This document shows positions 20,421 to 28,355 of a stretch of DNA of 64,000 nucleotides, piece after piece. This stretch comes from Candidatus Wolfebacteria bacterium GW2011_GWB1_47_1 (lineage in GTDB: Bacteria > Patescibacteriota > Minisyncoccia > UBA6257 > UBA9933), in assembly GCA_001029635.1 (NCBI GenBank), contig CP011209.1, forward strand, positions 551,774-615,773, given 5' to 3'. Every line of letters begins with the position of its first letter. The first letter of the stretch is position 1. The notes beneath the pieces are model-generated. The model did not search any database and had not been told where the DNA came from. It saw only the letters and a list, made by a program, of their open reading frames with translations. Position numbers and translations under genes: made by a program.

Positions 20421-20640
20421 AGGGATGAAATATTTAACGATAGGGAAATATGTGGGCGACTACTCCAGATGGACTAAAAGAGAGTAAAGGAGGTGTAAAT
20501 GCACTGTATTTTTACACCCAGTTTTCATACCATACCAAAAAAAGCCTTATAACGCAAGGGGAATTGCGATTGACTATTTTATCGAGATGGGGTATTGTAT
20601 TGCCAGTATCATTTCAACGTATGTATACAAGGAGGCGTTT

Positions 20641-21198
20641 GTGATCAAACCATTTACCCAAACTTTTGATCTCAATGAGTTGTTAAAAATTTATCCCGAG
20701 CTTACTCCGCATGCTACCGAAGAAGCCGTGTTGGTTCCCATCTTCCATGTGGTTGCTTGGCAGATCCGACTGCAACTTCTGCATCCGAGTTCTATTTTCC
20801 GGATCGGCACGAAGACAACGTATCTTTCCGAGACCGGCGAGTACGTCGTTGTAATGGATGGGAATGTCGTGTCTGTCGTCATGCGATGGATGAATGTGAA
20901 TAAGAGCAGCTTCGCCGATCTGACTAACGACGAGCGAGCTGAACTTCCTTGTCGGGGCGTCTTCCCGCCTTCTGCCATGCTTATGCTCAGGGAGCTGTCT
21001 ATTACCGGGCGCGATGAAGCAGCGGTTCGATGCGTTGCACATTTGTTTTGTCACTTTTTTGTTCGCCAGGTACTTTGCCAGTGTCAATTGCTCCCTGTCA
21101 TGAAAAATTTTGCACGAGAACTATTGAATGACCAGCCGTATCCGTGGTTCGCGCTTAAGCCGAGCGTTGCCGAGTTCTACGCCATAGTCGCTCCCTAA
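20641..21198 (+). CDS. hypothetical protein (~186 aa from GTG; ORF extends to 20587)
   Basis: AAGGAGG SD 5 nt before GTG 20641; own terminator at 21224. Confidence 0.45.
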   Translation: MIKPFTQTFDLNELLKIYPELTPHATEEAVLVPIFHVVAWQIRLQLLHPSSIFRIGTKTTYLSETGEYVVVMDGNVVSVVMRWMNVNKSSFADLTNDERAELPCRGVFPPSAMLMLRELSITGRDEAAVRCVAHLFCHFFVRQVLCQCQLLPVMKNFARELLNDQPYPWFALKPSVAEFYAIVAP

Positions 21199-21223
21199 TG
21201 CCGGGTGCGGTGACTGTGAGCGC

Positions 21224-21248
21224 AGGCGCCCTTCGAGGCGCCTTTTTT
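21224..21248 (+). terminator. rho-independent terminator (GGCGCC-type hairpin)
   Basis: AGGCGCCCTTCGAGGCGCCTTTTTT. Confidence 0.75.
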
Positions 21249-21448
21249 GCACCTGCTTAATCCATGCACTGAATTCTAGTTTGAACCGTGTGTCATTCCG
21301 AGCGAATTCGCCAGTAGGCGGAGTAGTCGAGGAATCCGTATTTGCATCACTACAGATCCCTCGGCAAGCTCGGGATGACATGTAACGATGGTATCTACGG
21401 TAATGTTAGAACCGTTGCAATTCAGAGTTGAATTCAAGGGTACAGTTA

Positions 21449-21477
21449 TTGACATCTATTTTAAAAATCATTATATT
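21449..21477 (+). promoter_or_regulatory. sigma70-type promoter TTGACA-N17-TATATT
   Basis: TTGACATCTATTTTAAAAATCATTATATT, 45 nt upstream of ATG 21522. Confidence 0.6.
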
Positions 21478-21521
21478 ATATTTAGTACTAATTATTCTAA
21501 AACGTAGTAAGGAGGTGGCTT

Positions 21522-22001
21522 ATGGGGGCAGAACTGTTTGAGCGTATGTCCGTCCGGGTCATTGCTGGAATCGATCCTGAAACGGGTAAGTTGATCCGCG
21601 CTAAAGGCTTGATCGCCGAGATCAAGACATCGGGAATCTGTACCTGTAAATACACTGTCAGCAAGCGCGAGATGTTCGGGTTCTATTATACCGAGACACT
21701 TGTATCCATCAGGGGGCCGGAGCTGGGTGGGTGGCTTGAGCGTATCGAGGTGATGCGCCCGCAGATTGCCGGTCGCGATATGGTCGAGCGGGCATTGCAT
21801 GCCGCAGGGAAGGCTTATCGCGCCGACGACAAGGATGTGATCGTGAAACTGGCCCGTGATCTTTGTCCCTGTGACGATACGTGTGGATCGCGTCAGCGGA
21901 TGCGTTTCGTCCGGGAGGCGCTTTGCGCGTATGCCGCAAGCCGGCGGGAATCAACGCTCCCCGAGATGATCCTCATGATCGAGGACTACCTTGCCCCGTA
22001 A
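21522..22001 (+). CDS. hypothetical Cys-containing protein (159 aa)
   Basis: perfect AAGGAGG SD; CTCK...CPCDDTC cysteine pairs; own promoter and terminator. Confidence 0.55.
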   Translation: MGAELFERMSVRVIAGIDPETGKLIRAKGLIAEIKTSGICTCKYTVSKREMFGFYYTETLVSIRGPELGGWLERIEVMRPQIAGRDMVERALHAAGKAYRADDKDVIVKLARDLCPCDDTCGSRQRMRFVREALCAYAASRRESTLPEMILMIEDYLAP

Positions 22002-22006
22002 CGAGA

Positions 22007-22036
22007 TGGGGCGCCTATAGGCGCCCCTTTTTTTGT
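22007..22036 (+). terminator. rho-independent terminator (GGCGCC-type hairpin)
   Basis: GGGGCGCCTATAGGCGCCCCTTTTTTT. Confidence 0.8.
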
Positions 22037-22106
22037 TGACACGCATTGCAGGAGCATTTATCGTAGAGGGTAGAACATGGTTGTATTAACGCATAGAGGG
22101 GGTTCT

Positions 22107-22586
22107 ATGAAAAAGTCTTACTTGGTGCGGGATTTTAGGGAAGAGAGTGGCCGATTGAGAGTTGCAGAAATCGCGTTTATACCTGTCTTTCATCTTGTAT
22201 GGCAGATGGCAGAAGATACCCTGTCTACCGATCAGTTTTCGAGCTTATCGGATCCGATATTCAGGGGTCACGAGGGGCACTTTAAAAAGGGTCGCTGGAA
22301 ATGCTTTTCCGATAGCTCGGAAGTCTTCATTACTCCGTATTACACAGACCTCAATATTAATATCGCTTCCGAGAGTATTATTCATATGGCTCATCGGATA
22401 GAGGTCGAGGGGATGGTTTCGGGTGCGGTGGAGAAGGCATTTTCTGCGATTGCGTTCTTTTTCAGGAAGCATGCGGCAGACAAGGCATTGTTTCATTTGT
22501 TGCACAAAAACGGGACGCAGGCGTTGGCACAGTACTGCTCCGATGTTTTACCGAGCGATGTCTGTCGGTTTTACAACCTCGGATAA
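22107..22586 (+). CDS. hypothetical protein (159 aa; ORF extends to 22077)
   Basis: GAGGGGG SD before ATG 22107; putative TTGACA-17-TATCGT promoter at 22037; own terminator. Confidence 0.5.
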   Translation: MKKSYLVRDFREESGRLRVAEIAFIPVFHLVWQMAEDTLSTDQFSSLSDPIFRGHEGHFKKGRWKCFSDSSEVFITPYYTDLNINIASESIIHMAHRIEVEGMVSGAVEKAFSAIAFFFRKHAADKALFHLLHKNGTQALAQYCSDVLPSDVCRFYNLG

Positions 22587-22593
22587 TACGCAC

Positions 22594-22622
22594 AAGGCGC
22601 CCTTGCGGGCGCCTTTTTTTAA
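22594..22622 (+). terminator. rho-independent terminator (GGCGCC-type hairpin)
   Basis: AAGGCGCCCTTGCGGGCGCCTTTTTTT. Confidence 0.8.
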
Positions 22623-22643
22623 AAAATACGATATACTCATCGC

Positions 22644-23144
22644 ATGAACGATATTATCGTGGACCCTTCGGGTATCATCTTGTTCGCCAATGGGCAATAT
22701 CGCTGCGCCATTGGGAAGGGTGGCTATACGCATGACAAAGAGGAGGGAGATGGAGCCACGCCGTTCGGGAGATTTTTATTGCGGGAAGTTTATTTTCGCG
22801 CTGATCGAGTGGCTCGACCCGAGACTCAACTTCCTGTGTTTTCACTCTGCCCTGATGATGGGTGGTGTGACGATATATCACACCCCCAATACAATACAAA
22901 AATTTCGCTCGCATTTGATGGGGGTCACGAGCATCTTTGGAAAGACGATCATATTTATGACGTTATTGTGGTCATCGGATACAACGACGATCCAATTATT
23001 GTCGGCAAGGGGAGTGCTATCTTTATGCATATTGCCCGACCCGACTATTCGCCAACCGAGGGCTGTGTTGCATTGGTACAGCAGGATCTTCTCAGCGTGT
23101 TGCGTGACTGTGTTCCCGGAACCGCAATTAGAATAGGTCTGTAA
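22644..23144 (+). CDS. L,D-transpeptidase-like catalytic domain protein (YkuD/YafK-like), no signal peptide evident
   Basis: C-terminal ...IFMHIARPDYSPTEGCVAL resembles the His...Ser-x-Gly-Cys catalytic block of the YkuD fold. Confidence 0.5.
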   Translation: MNDIIVDPSGIILFANGQYRCAIGKGGYTHDKEEGDGATPFGRFLLREVYFRADRVARPETQLPVFSLCPDDGWCDDISHPQYNTKISLAFDGGHEHLWKDDHIYDVIVVIGYNDDPIIVGKGSAIFMHIARPDYSPTEGCVALVQQDLLSVLRDCVPGTAIRIGL

Positions 23145-23155
23145 TAGGCCTATTG

Positions 23156-23626
23156 TTAGTAGTAATTACCAATAAAGGTTACCTGATATGCTCGTGGGTT
23201 TCGCGTTTGCAGGTCGACGAGCTTTTCTTTAATAACACCCATCTTTGATTGCGCGTGGATCACTTCTCCTGTTTCTTGAATATAGATACCAACATGGCCG
23301 ATATAGATATCCCTTTGATTATCGAACAGGCTCTCGTTGTAATGACCTTGGTCTCCTTTGAAGAAGAGGAGATCTCCAGTTTTTGCGTCGGATAGATTCT
23401 GTACCTCTGTATTATTGCGAAACGCGACCGAAGCTTGTGCTAGCGAAGAAAGGGGCAACTCTAGTGCTAGTGCCTTCTTGTAGACCCAGTATGTAAAAAA
23501 CGAACAATCAAAACCTTCTGGCTCCGTCTTGATATGCGCGTCTCGATATGCGCCATATTTATAAGGGAGTCCCAAATATTGCTCTGCTTTTTTTATTATT
23601 AATGCGCTTTTAATATGACGTTCCAT
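23156..23626 (-). CDS. NlpC/P60 (C40) family peptidoglycan endopeptidase
   Basis: GFDCSFFTYWVY (catalytic Cys) and IGHVGIY (His) motifs. Confidence 0.8.
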   Translation of the reverse strand: MERHIKSALIIKKAEQYLGLPYKYGAYRDAHIKTEPEGFDCSFFTYWVYKKALALELPLSSLAQASVAFRNNTEVQNLSDAKTGDLLFFKGDQGHYNESLFDNQRDIYIGHVGIYIQETGEVIHAQSKMGVIKEKLVDLQTRNPRAYQVTFIGNYY

Positions 23627-23743
23627 GACTTTTATTGTAGTTTGCTTTTGTTCATAAATGCAACAGCTCGCTTAGTTGCTTTATTGTCGCTCGGGTATTA
23701 TTCTCAATTCAGATATTATTATATATACATATAGGAGGTTATC

Positions 23744-24286
23744 GTGGAGGATATCGAGGAATATATCACGTACTCATTTCCGCTGTCTCGATCGCCCTCT
23801 TTTTGGGAGAGGGTAGCGTTTCGCATGTTGGTCTGTAAGGCTCATAATGAGAGTTTGTACCGAATCGGTCCCTTTTGGGCGTGCGAAAGCCCCGAATCGC
23901 ATATCGGGGCTTCTTGTTGGGCCGTCGATTTTCTGGCGCCGAATGGAGTTCCCGTGTTTGCGTCGGCTAACGGGGTCGTTGTTGCGGTAAAATTGGACTC
24001 TCGAGAAGGGGGGCGCGATGAACGCTTTGCCGATATGGCGAACTTCGTTGTTATCGATCACGGAGGAGAGTTTTCGCAGTACTGTCATCTCGCTCCCGCG
24101 GTACGGGGTATTTTTCGGAAAGGGCCTGTTCCGTTCGTGGGGAAGATGGTGCGCAGGGGAGAGTGTATTGGCCACGTTGGAAGAACCGGATGGACAACCA
24201 TCGATCACCTGCACTTCATGGTGTTTCGATGCGACGGAAGTCCTAAGGGATTTAACAGTGTGCGAGTACGCTTCTCTCGCTATTGA
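23744..24286 (+). CDS. M23/LytM family metallopeptidase (GTG start)
   Basis: AVDFLAPNGVPVFASANGVV ... GHVGRTGWTTIDHLHF (HxxxD and HxH zinc ligands); GGAGG SD. Confidence 0.8.
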   Translation: MEDIEEYITYSFPLSRSPSFWERVAFRMLVCKAHNESLYRIGPFWACESPESHIGASCWAVDFLAPNGVPVFASANGVVVAVKLDSREGGRDERFADMANFVVIDHGGEFSQYCHLAPAVRGIFRKGPVPFVGKMVRRGECIGHVGRTGWTTIDHLHFMVFRCDGSPKGFNSVRVRFSRY

Positions 24287-24358
24287 CATTTCTTATATAA
24301 TGTTGTATATAAGTATTAAGTATCATATACTTCTATATTTGTACGAAGGAGAAAAGTT

Positions 24359-24556
24359 ATGTTAATTGTTTCCCTGGTAGTGTTTTCCATTCTTTCATTG
24401 GTGCTCGCTAAGGTAACTGCTGCCCGCGCTAAGGAATATTCGACGAGTAATGAGATCGAGGTCCGACGGACCGCAATGAGCCTTAAGCTCGGAGTCTTCA
24501 TTCTGGTCGTATTGTCTTGCTGTGGCATAGGCCTCGCGTTTTCTCTGGTCTTTTAG
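24359..24556 (+). CDS. small 2-TM membrane protein (65 aa)
   Basis: AAGGAG SD, two hydrophobic helices, followed by a strong terminator. Confidence 0.45.
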   Translation: MLIVSLVVFSILSLVLAKVTAARAKEYSTSNEIEVRRTAMSLKLGVFILVVLSCCGIGLAFSLVF

Positions 24557-24587
24557 CCGAGAGCAAAAAGATCTTGTTTGAATCGCA

Positions 24588-24616
24588 TGGGCGCACACTT
24601 CGTGTGCGCTTTTTTA
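24588..24616 (+). terminator. rho-independent terminator
   Basis: GGGCGCACACTTCGTGTGCGCTTTTTT. Confidence 0.8.
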
Positions 24617-24699
24617 TATGAAGCATGCCCAGTCATCGCTCCCTTTACAAAATCCATCATTCTTTGTTATACTATCTAAACTGTGTTAACAGCATTCAT

Positions 24700-24771
24700 C
24701 GCGGGTTAGAGGAACGGTTACCTCGTAAGGCTCATAACCTTGAGAACCGGGTTCGACTCCCGGACCCGCAA
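24700..24771 (+). tRNA. tRNA-Met (CAT), initiator-like: C1:A72 mismatch, discriminator A; CCA not encoded
   Basis: CGCGGGTTAGAGGAACGGTTACCTCGTAAGGCTCATAACCTTGAGAACCGGGTTCGACTCCCGGACCCGCAA; acceptor end CGCGGG.../...CCCGCAA as in bacterial tRNA-fMet. Confidence 0.7.
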
Positions 24772-24795
24772 CAAGCGATCGGAACAGAAGAATAT

Positions 24796-24872
24796 GGCTG
24801 GGTAGCTCAGTTGGTTAGAGCGTAGCACTCATAACGCTAAGGTCGTGGGTCCGATCCCCACCCCAGCCACCA
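24796..24872 (+). tRNA. tRNA-Met (CAT), elongator; CCA encoded
   Basis: GGCTGGGTAGCTCAGTTGGTTAGAGCGTAGCACTCATAACGCTAAGGTCGTGGGTCCGATCCCCACCCCAGCCACCA; 5' half nearly identical to E. coli elongator tRNA-Met. Confidence 0.9.
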
Positions 24873-24875
24873 GTC

Positions 24876-24910
24876 ACACAAACACCGCCTTGAGGCGGTG
24901 TTTGTGTATA
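24876..24910 (+). terminator. 14-bp hairpin after the tRNA pair (terminator/processing stem)
   Basis: ACACAAACACCGCCTTGAGGCGGTGTTTGTGT; no long U-run. Confidence 0.5.
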
Positions 24911-24927
24911 TGCTATCGTATAGGTAT

Positions 24928-25779
24928 ATGGAGATATTGTTGTATATATTCGCATCGATTGCCGGCATCGCGCTTGTCGGATTTTTATATACTCAAAACA
25001 AGGACTTGGTGGTGTCCAGGCATCGATTAAGTTTCGAGTATCTGCCAAAGGAATTTGATGAATTCAAAATCGTGCATTTGTCGGATCTCCATAACAAGCG
25101 ATTTGGTGCGAGGCAAGCCCGACTAATCGAAGCGGTTCGTAAAGTAAAGCCGGATATTATCGTGATCACCGGTGATATCGTCGACTATCTTTTGTATCGA
25201 CCGGAACCTACGCTTAAGCTTGTTCGCGGATTGCGTGATGTTGCACCCATCTATTATGTATCAGGTAATCACGAATGGGCGCGACCGGAGTATCCTGCGT
25301 TTAAGGAGCAACTGATCGAGTCGGGTGTACACGTGTTGGATAATCGTGTTGCCGTGATTGATCGAGGCGGCAAAATGCTCGCGATCGCCGGCATTGATGA
25401 TTATGCGCGATATGGCAACCAACCCGATATTAAAAAGATCCTGCACCGCACGCTGACCGAGGTTCGTGATCAAGTGGACGAACGTGCGTTTAAGATTCTC
25501 CTCGTACACCGCCCCGAACTCTTGCGGGAGTATGTCGAGCATCACTTTAATTTGATCTTTGCCGGGCACGCACATGGCGGTCAGTGGAACCTACCAGGTC
25601 TTGGGCCGATCTACGCACCGGGGCAGGGACTCTTTCCTCGGCTCGTTTCGGGAATTCATCGGCGACACAACGTGCGCATCGTGATCAGCCGCGGCATCGG
25701 GAATAGTGGCATCCTTGCGTTCCAGCGTCTGTTCAATAAGCCCGAAGTGATCGTTGTTATATTGAATAAACCTTTGTAA
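24928..25779 (+). CDS. calcineurin-like metallophosphoesterase (YkuE-like) with N-terminal TM
   Basis: motifs VHLSDLHN, ITGDIV, GNHE, GHAHGGQ. Confidence 0.8.
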   Translation: MEILLYIFASIAGIALVGFLYTQNKDLVVSRHRLSFEYLPKEFDEFKIVHLSDLHNKRFGARQARLIEAVRKVKPDIIVITGDIVDYLLYRPEPTLKLVRGLRDVAPIYYVSGNHEWARPEYPAFKEQLIESGVHVLDNRVAVIDRGGKMLAIAGIDDYARYGNQPDIKKILHRTLTEVRDQVDERAFKILLVHRPELLREYVEHHFNLIFAGHAHGGQWNLPGLGPIYAPGQGLFPRLVSGIHRRHNVRIVISRGIGNSGILAFQRLFNKPEVIVVILNKPL

Positions 25780-25799
25780 CTGTGCTATACATAAACCAT

Positions 25800-27050
25800 A
25801 TGCGCCAATCACAACTGTTCACTAAAACACGAAAAGAAGCACCAAAAGACGAAGAATCAAAGAATGCCCAGCTGCTGATCCGCGCGGGGTATGTTGATAA
25901 ATTAATGGCAGGAGCCTATACCTTTTTGCCGCTTGGATTTCGCGTATTTAAAAACATCGAGAATATTATTCGCGAAGAAATGCAGGCTTTGGGCGCTCAG
26001 GAAATCCTCATGCCGTCATTGCAGCCGAAGGAAAATTGGGTAGCAACTGGACGATGGGATGCATTGGACAACTTATTCCGCTTCACAAGCCACTACTCAA
26101 AAAATGAGTACGCATTAGGAGCGACGCATGAGGAGATTATCTCTCCGTTGATGAAGGATTTTCTCTTTTCCTATAAAGATATGCCGGTTGGCGTGTTTCA
26201 GATTCAGAACAAGTTTCGTGACGAGAAACGCGCGAAGTCGGGATTGTTGCGCGGACGAGAATTTTTTATGAAGGACCTCTATTCGTTTCATGCGAACGAG
26301 GAGGATATGGATGCTTATTATCTCAAAGTGAAGGATGCCTATATCCGCATCTTCGAGCGAGCGGGGCTTGGTGATATCACCTATTTCACCTATGCGTCGG
26401 GAGGAACGTTTTCGAAATATTCACACGAGTTCCAGACATTAACCGATGCGGGTGAGGATATCATTTACATCTGCGATCATTGCAAAGTTGCCATCAATGA
26501 CGAGATTATCACGGAGCAATCGACTTGTCCCGAGTGCGGTAATGCCGATCTACGCAAGGAGAAGGCGGTCGAAGTTGGTAACATCTTCAAACTGAAAACA
26601 AAATACTCTTCTGTGTTTGGATTGAACTATAAGGATATGGAGAATGCCGAGTGTGCGGTTATCATGGGGTGTTATGGGATCGGATTGAATCGTCTTATGG
26701 GCACCATCGTCGAGGCGTATCATGATGAGTATGGTATCATCTGGCCAGAGAGTGTTGCGCCGTATCGCGTGCATTTGGTCAATCTGCATGTGCACAATGA
26801 GGAGACTTCCGCTTTTGCCGAAGAAATCTACGCTGCTTTACAGGGAGCGGGGGTTGCGGTATTATATGATGACCGTAGAGAAGCGGGTATCGGAGAAAAA
26901 CTGAAGGACAGTGACCTCATCGGAATTCCGTTGCGGGCCATTGTCAGTGAAAAGAACGGGGCACAGATCGAAGTAAAGAAGCGAAAGGAATCTGCAGCGC
27001 ACATGGTTACGAAGGAACAATTGCTTGGGTTGTTGGCGGCTAATAATTGA
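25800..27050 (+). CDS. proS: proline--tRNA ligase (compact, lacking the bacterial INS editing insertion)
   Basis: MRQSQLFTKTRKE... N-terminus parallels the E. coli MRTSQY start; class II motifs FRDE..R..GL.RGREF, GCYGIG; 417 aa. Confidence 0.9.
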   Translation: MRQSQLFTKTRKEAPKDEESKNAQLLIRAGYVDKLMAGAYTFLPLGFRVFKNIENIIREEMQALGAQEILMPSLQPKENWVATGRWDALDNLFRFTSHYSKNEYALGATHEEIISPLMKDFLFSYKDMPVGVFQIQNKFRDEKRAKSGLLRGREFFMKDLYSFHANEEDMDAYYLKVKDAYIRIFERAGLGDITYFTYASGGTFSKYSHEFQTLTDAGEDIIYICDHCKVAINDEIITEQSTCPECGNADLRKEKAVEVGNIFKLKTKYSSVFGLNYKDMENAECAVIMGCYGIGLNRLMGTIVEAYHDEYGIIWPESVAPYRVHLVNLHVHNEETSAFAEEIYAALQGAGVAVLYDDRREAGIGEKLKDSDLIGIPLRAIVSEKNGAQIEVKKRKESAAHMVTKEQLLGLLAANN

Positions 27051-27150
27051 TAGCGGGCCGTGAACCAATAACCGTGAGTGCGATATAGCCACTGTGGTTT
27101 ATTTTGAAAAATGACAGACGGAAATCATAATCAGTCAGTGAAATAAAGAA

Positions 27151-28194
27151 ATGGGATTGTTCAATTATTTTGTAAAGGATATCGGAATCGATCTGGGAAC
27201 TGCCAATTCGCTTGTATATATCAAGGAGCGTGGCATTATCATTAATGAGCCTTCGATCGCGGCGATGAATAACAAGACCGGGCAGGTGCTTGCTATCGGC
27301 GAAGAGGCTAAAAAAATGTTAGGGCGTACGCCCGCGCATATTACCGTCGTAAAGCCGCTCGTCAATGGAGTTATTTCTGACTTTGAAATGGCACAGGAGA
27401 TGTTGCGTTATTTTTTGAAGCGCGTAAACAACAATCGGATGTTCAGCTATCATCGTGCTGTCATCGGCATTCCGCCCAATTTGACCGAGGTGGAACGTAA
27501 GTCTGTTGAGGATGCCGCTATCAATGCGGGCGCGGCAAAGGCATTCCTTGTGGAGGAGCCGATCGCAGCGGCGCTGGGTGCGCGATTGCCGATTCAAGAA
27601 GCCATGGCCACCATGATTGTTGATATTGGAGGAGGTACGACTGACATTGCCATTATTTCGATGGGGAGTAGTGTCATCAGTCGCAGTTTGAAGGTTGCCG
27701 GCGATAAGTTGAACGATGATATTATCAAATTCGTTCGGGAAGAGTTCAAACTTATGATCGGCGAGCCAACCGCAGAAGAACTGAAAAAAACCATTGGCTC
27801 GGCCATTCCAATGGAAGAGCGCATGGAGCTTGCGATCCGCGGTCGTGATATGGGGACGGGATTGCCACGCGAGGTCATCGTAAAAAATACCCAGATCCGC
27901 GCCGCCATTGGTCGTTCATTGCGACAGATTGTCGAATGCGTTAAAGAGACTATTGAAAAGACTCCGCCCGAGCTGGTGGGTGATATCTATGAGCGCGGTA
28001 TCTATTTGTGTGGAGGCGGGAGTCTCTTGCGCGGCATCGATCAGCTCATTGAAAAAGAAGTGACAGTGCCGGTAACGGTTATCGACGACCCACTTACGGC
28101 GGTCGTGAGAGGAACCGGCGTTATCGCCGAGGATATCGATGCGTATGCACAGCTGTTTGTTACGTCGTTGAAGCCATTGGACATCAACATTTAA
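27151..28194 (+). CDS. mreB: rod shape-determining protein MreB
   Basis: GIDLGTANSLVYIKERG..., actin-fold phosphate motifs. Confidence 0.95.
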   Translation: MGLFNYFVKDIGIDLGTANSLVYIKERGIIINEPSIAAMNNKTGQVLAIGEEAKKMLGRTPAHITVVKPLVNGVISDFEMAQEMLRYFLKRVNNNRMFSYHRAVIGIPPNLTEVERKSVEDAAINAGAAKAFLVEEPIAAALGARLPIQEAMATMIVDIGGGTTDIAIISMGSSVISRSLKVAGDKLNDDIIKFVREEFKLMIGEPTAEELKKTIGSAIPMEERMELAIRGRDMGTGLPREVIVKNTQIRAAIGRSLRQIVECVKETIEKTPPELVGDIYERGIYLCGGGSLLRGIDQLIEKEVTVPVTVIDDPLTAVVRGTGVIAEDIDAYAQLFVTSLKPLDINI

Positions 28195-28195
28195 T

Positions 28196-28318
28196 AAAAT
28201 TCATTCTATTGGCCAATTACTTTGTTGCGGGCCCCTGTCGTCTCGGTCGGAGTACTATTCGTACACCTTCCTCGATAACTTTCCCGCGTCGCGTACTTTG
28301 CTCAATAGAATGAATTTT
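28196..28318 (+). ncRNA. copy A of a 3-member conserved structured intergenic element (candidate novel RNA motif)
   Basis: 16-bp outer stem AAAATTCATTCTATTGG/CAATAGAATGAATTTT enclosing the core TTGTTGCGGGCCCC..TCTCGGTCGG-[hairpin]-CCTTCCTCGATAACTTTCCCGCG; paralogous to 32546..32672 and 63373..63498. Confidence 0.55.
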
Positions 28319-28355
28319 AACTCTAAAAATAAGTTTTGTTATGTAGTTAAACGCC

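Noticed and set aside
28196-28318. Interpretation of the 3-copy element as a MITE or integron attC site
   Set aside because: MITE terminal inverted repeats would be sequence-conserved between copies. Here the termini differ but preserve pairing (RNA-like covariation). No integron integrase, no cassette-like ORFs, and the flanking genes are core housekeeping.
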